Shown here: positions 60,030 to 64,000 of the stretch, piece after piece
How the letters are laid out: every line of letters starts with the position of its first letter
How positions within the stretch are numbered: position 1 is the stretch's first letter
DNA from: Halocafeteria seosinensis
Taxonomy: Eukaryota
DNA: 64,000 nt
Direction of reading: 5' to 3'
Assembly: GCA_001687465.1 (NCBI GenBank)
Contig: LVLI01000603.1
Span: forward strand, 1-64,000
Made by a program: the position numbers and the translations under genes
Notes under the pieces: generated by a model
Told to the model about the DNA's origin: nothing
What the model saw: the letters and a program-made list of their open reading frames with translations, nothing else
Database searches by the model: none

Positions 60030-61271
60030 ATGGAGTCTTGTTGTCGCACACACACAAATGTGTGTGTTGGGGGGGGGTTGTTATCATTGGAAGCCAATCA
60101 TATCTTCGATGGCCAGAATGTCGGCAGACGGATTTCAGGGGGCTATTCACCATCAATGATACAGTGAGCGCATTTGACGAAGCTCCGATAGTAAAGCACA
60201 TCCATAACATAGGAGGCTCAACAGTCAGCGACGGTGGTTTAATCGTCCGAAAGCAGCAAAGGTTTTTTAAGCTTCATGATTGCAGCTCTACTGGCAGCAT
60301 TGCGGGGTCTTATTCGGCCCATGGAAATGGAGAAGCAGTTATTACAAATTCGTTATCTATTGGAACCATTGGCGCCAGAGGTGGTGGGATTCTTGGTAGG
60401 AAAACGGGGTATACAGGAGGTGAAGATAATGTTAGCAACTGCCAAACAACTGGAGATATTAGTTCCCGGGCCGGTGGTGTATGTGGGCTAAACACTGGAG
60501 CAGGAAGTGATCCAATTGTGTTTATCTTCCAGTTTTATTCGACGGGTACTATCAAAGGAGTGATATTGTGGGTCCAGAAGCTGTATGATGTTCGGGAGTT
60601 TTGCACATGTCCCAGTGTATTACGGGAGGGGCAATATCAGCATGGTGGCATCGCAGGGAGTCGCGCTGGAAACTCAGCGGGTGTCGTTACTATCGCGAAT
60701 TCGTAAATAACACGAAACGAGATAATAATAGTGAAAATAGCGGTGGATATGCACACAAGCAGCCGGTTACGATAACGGAAGTGTGATCATTAAGAACGTA
60801 TATGCTTTATCCTCAACTGGAACAGTTCTGATTGGATCAACAGCTCTCTGGTGACAATGCCGCTGGCGCAATAGCAGTCCGCTACGCAGTTCATAACACA
60901 AGTACCGGTCATACAATGCAACATACATCGTTGGGGATGACAAAGGAAATATCTTGCATGAGGGCGGTAACTCAGTTGATCTTGACACTATCCAGGGACA
61001 ACTACACAGGGCGCAGGTAACAGACGACGGAGACGAACACGAATGGTCAAATACAATTTGGTTTGTGCCGAGAAGCGACCAATATCCCGAATTGCGATGG
61101 CGCTCCGAGCTACCAGAGATGGCACCCGCTTCCCCCACGCCGCGCAGAAGCATAACTTCTTTTCCAACATCTTCTTCATCGCCTAGAGTGACACAGTACC
61201 TCGAATTATCTGCCCAGTTTCCACAAAGAGTGGAGAATGAGTCTTTCAGAAAATGTTTGATATCGGGGTAG
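60030..61271 (+). pseudogene. Degraded GLUG-like/beta-helix repeat surface protein
   Basis: NHIFDGQN, CSSTGSI, GGGILGRKTG, CQTTGDISSRAGGVCGLNTG, GGIAGSRAG, then a P/S/T linker; several frameshifts and stops. Confidence 0.65.
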
Positions 61272-61589
61272 CAAGAAGCTACACTCGCCAACGATAGTAA
61301 CGCTTACACATGAACAACATGTCCTGAGTCGATAAACTCAAGTGTACAATACACATTGTGCCAGTTTCAGAGCACAGTCATTGTGTAGCGTGCAAGCGAG
61401 TAATCGAAGATAGAAGCTCTTGGAAGTGGTAAGCTCCGCGTGTATACACACTCCCCCCCCCCGAACGAATTCGCGCTTCTCCGCCAGCCCTGCCACCATA
61501 TCTTTCCGCACGTAGAGAAGCCGGTATAGTCAGGCACCGAGCAGAAGGCTCATATATCCAAACCCAGAATATTCTACGACGACGAGTCA

Positions 61590-63653
61590 CTACCTTTTCT
61601 TCTTCTTAGTGGGCCGTTTCTTCTTCTTTTGAACGTTCGTTTTTTCTCCCTTCGCCCCACAGCTGATTGAAGGATCAGCGGAGATATTCCGCATCGCATT
61701 CATCATCTGAAACCAATCCTCCGGCATGGCCTCTGCTGCGCAAAATGATGCCCCGGTGTTCCATCCCAAGCATTCAATTACATCAGAGAGGTTGTTAGAG
61801 CATTGGAGTAACTCTTGTAATCCCGCGGCTCGATGATATTGTTCCTCAATTTGCTTTACACTCTCTTCTAGATCATCAGGTGTGTCCGCATCCGCATGTA
61901 CTTGCGACTCAGGTTCCCAAAGTCTTTCGATGCATACCTCCCAGATCTGCTGAGCAACATCTTTCCATTGTTGCTCGTAAATTTGTTTGATATCAGGATC
62001 AGAAATGCCTCTCGTCTGCTTCTGTAAAAGGTTTTGGATCTTTGGTACCTCGAAGTGCGAAACAGTATCGATCTCCCGTTGCAATTGTTCCAATTTTATT
62101 TGCTTCTGCTGACGCTGAAGCAACGTAGCCTTTTCACGTTCAGCTTGCTTCAAAGCTTTGTTGAGTTCTTCGTCTTCTTCTACTGTTGTAGCAACATAGG
62201 TTGGAGCGAAAGTGCCAGTCTTGGATTTCTCTAATGTTTGAGATTGGGAGGACTGGAGGGCCACGTTCTGTCGTCTCCCGGGTGCGGACATTGAGCCAGC
62301 TTGACCGCTCCTTTGTTCACGAAAACGCATTTTAAGCTCCTGGACTACTTCGCCAAGGAAAGCGCGGACAGCAGATGCAGTCTCAGGAACACTACATTGT
62401 ACCCTTCTACCGTAGTGCCGTAGGCAACGGCAAAATTCAAGTGCATCCGTGACGCCGTCCGAGGTTTCTGCGATTACACCAGCCAAATGATCAGCAATTG
62501 CATACGCATTTACCCTCCATGAGGATGCTTCATTCGTAGCAGTCGCTGATAGTCCTTCCACCATGGCTCTACAGAGTAGCTCCAATACAGCATAGTCGAC
62601 TCTGCCCGTCACCATAAGAACGTTCTCTTCAGCCATGACACCATCTACGTCTAATTGTACAATAGCGTTGATTAGAGGCTTCCACTGAGCAGATGCGACA
62701 TCCCTTGTTGACTCATCAGCAGAAAGAGGTGACGATATGCTAGGCTTCCCAAGCGGATTCTCTGTTTGTCCGCCAGCGTCATGAGTTTCTGTCGGCATAG
62801 GCTTGATATTGAGTTCACTCGCCTCCACAGCTTTGACCTTTGCCCGACGTAGTTTTTTATAAACTAGCTGCGTCTCTTGGTAAGTAGGCCGTCCGGTGAC
62901 GAAAGTTATCTTGCGAATCCGGTCATCAGTCGGTTGTAGGATACATCCTTCCAAGTTTTGAAAATGTCGTAACAGTGAGTCCCGGGAGTCGGGACCAAAT
63001 GATCTCAGACGGACGCTTACGTTGTAACGTTGAGCTCTTTGTTGAGTCGTGGCGGTTGTGCCGGCGGCGCTTCATCTTGCTTCCTTTCTCCTCATTTTCA
63101 TAAAAGTGCTCATCTCCCTCGGGAACTTGTTCGAGCTGTTCTTGGCGTACGCTCTTTCAACAACAAAGCTCGGCGCTTGTCCGCCCACCTGCTGGCCAAA
63201 GAGTTTATTCATGTTCCTGCGAGAAGCCCCAATGAAAATTCTACCACAACATGCCAAAAGAGGACGAAGGGAGGCGAGTAATTCATGGATTTGAGTTGCC
63301 AGCAATATCTCATTGTTTCTCCGTATCTGTGCGCCCATGCTTGTCGCCTTTGCTCCTGTGGCATCCTTTGAAGATTGAGACCCTCCCTGCTTTTTCCTTG
63401 CTGTGTATTTATGCAAGGTTTTGTGAAACAGGGAAATGACTTCGGGGGTATCCTCTCGAGACAGTCTCTGCGTTACTGCCTCCAGGTCTTCTGCCGAATC
63501 ACTTCGTAAGGTAGCACGTAGATGCTTTTCATCACGCCTACAATGCTCTCTATAGCTCTCTATCGTATCAAAATGCTCATTACAGCGGTGGCATGACACC
63601 CCTCCGCCACCAGGAGGAAGGCTTTCGGAGGCTCCTATAGACGAGGCTGCCAT
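61590..63653 (-). CDS. ANKZF1: ANKZF1/Vms1-like ribosome quality-control tRNA endonuclease (ZnF + VLRF1); internal splicing unresolved
   Basis: CHRCNEHF...YREHCRRDEKH; HKTLHKYTARKKQGGSQSSKD; SMGAQIRRNNE; DDRIRKITFVTGRPTYQE. Confidence 0.85.
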
Positions 63654-64000
63654 CCTCTATGGTTTCCAGGTGTATTCAACACTAACAACAATCTAACCAC
63701 TACAGTACATGAAACTATCCTAGCCTACTATACACTACTTGTAACAATAGCGTGTGAAAACTTTCGTTCACACTGTCCGGCGGCTAGGGATGCTTTGGGT
63801 AAGATATCGCCATACAAAAATAGTTGGTATTGTTACCAACGAACATATCCTCTAATTAGCATGTCGACACTCTTTTCATGAGTATTCGAGGATTCCTTAT
63901 AACTTTACTACCAGGTCGAAATCCGAATCCCAATTTGTCGGCGTTGTGAAGCATGTGGAAGCAAGTCCATGCGGCTTTCTTAGGCTGGTGCAGCTTAAGA

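Noticed and set aside
60040..60062. ~23 nt match to 1445-1468 (GTTGTC..GCACACACACAAATGTG)
   Set aside because: Mostly low-complexity CA repeat with no extension.

Overview
Gene-dense eukaryotic nuclear DNA with short GT-AG introns (mostly 55-90 nt). It is probably a flagellated heterotrophic protist, possibly a stramenopile such as a bicosoecid; this is an unverified impression. Housekeeping genes include TRMO, SLC35B1-like, ATP23, RasGEF, ZNG1/CobW, LYRM2-like, GATD3, a GT4 glycosyltransferase, YIF1, SPTLC2, a CSPP1-like protein, PP2A-B56, GRHPR and ANKZF1. Accessory content is as follows. (1) 1-9.7 kb holds a deletion-eroded tandem duplicate of the TRMO-to-tRNA segment, an atypical initiator-type tRNA-Met with a pseudogene copy, and a frameshifted Crinkler (CRN)-like NTPase+nuclease gene. 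(2) Two paralogous LRR surface-protein genes have all 34 traced introns in phase 2 at the same LRR position, giving about one repeat per exon plus stackable module-junction exons. (3) A PH domain is fused to PP2A-B56. (4) A WW domain is fused to a GT-A-like domain reminiscent of giant-virus proteins. (5) The most striking feature is a ~4.9 kb unit (54932-59853) bounded by ~330 bp inverted repeats. It contains a second CRN-like pseudogene, a 4x20 bp repeat array, and an intronless ORF with two zinc fingers and a tyrosine-recombinase-like motif resembling the N-terminal part of fungal DUF3505/telomere-linked-helicase proteins. Gene models were traced by eye and family assignments come from motif recognition, not database searches.
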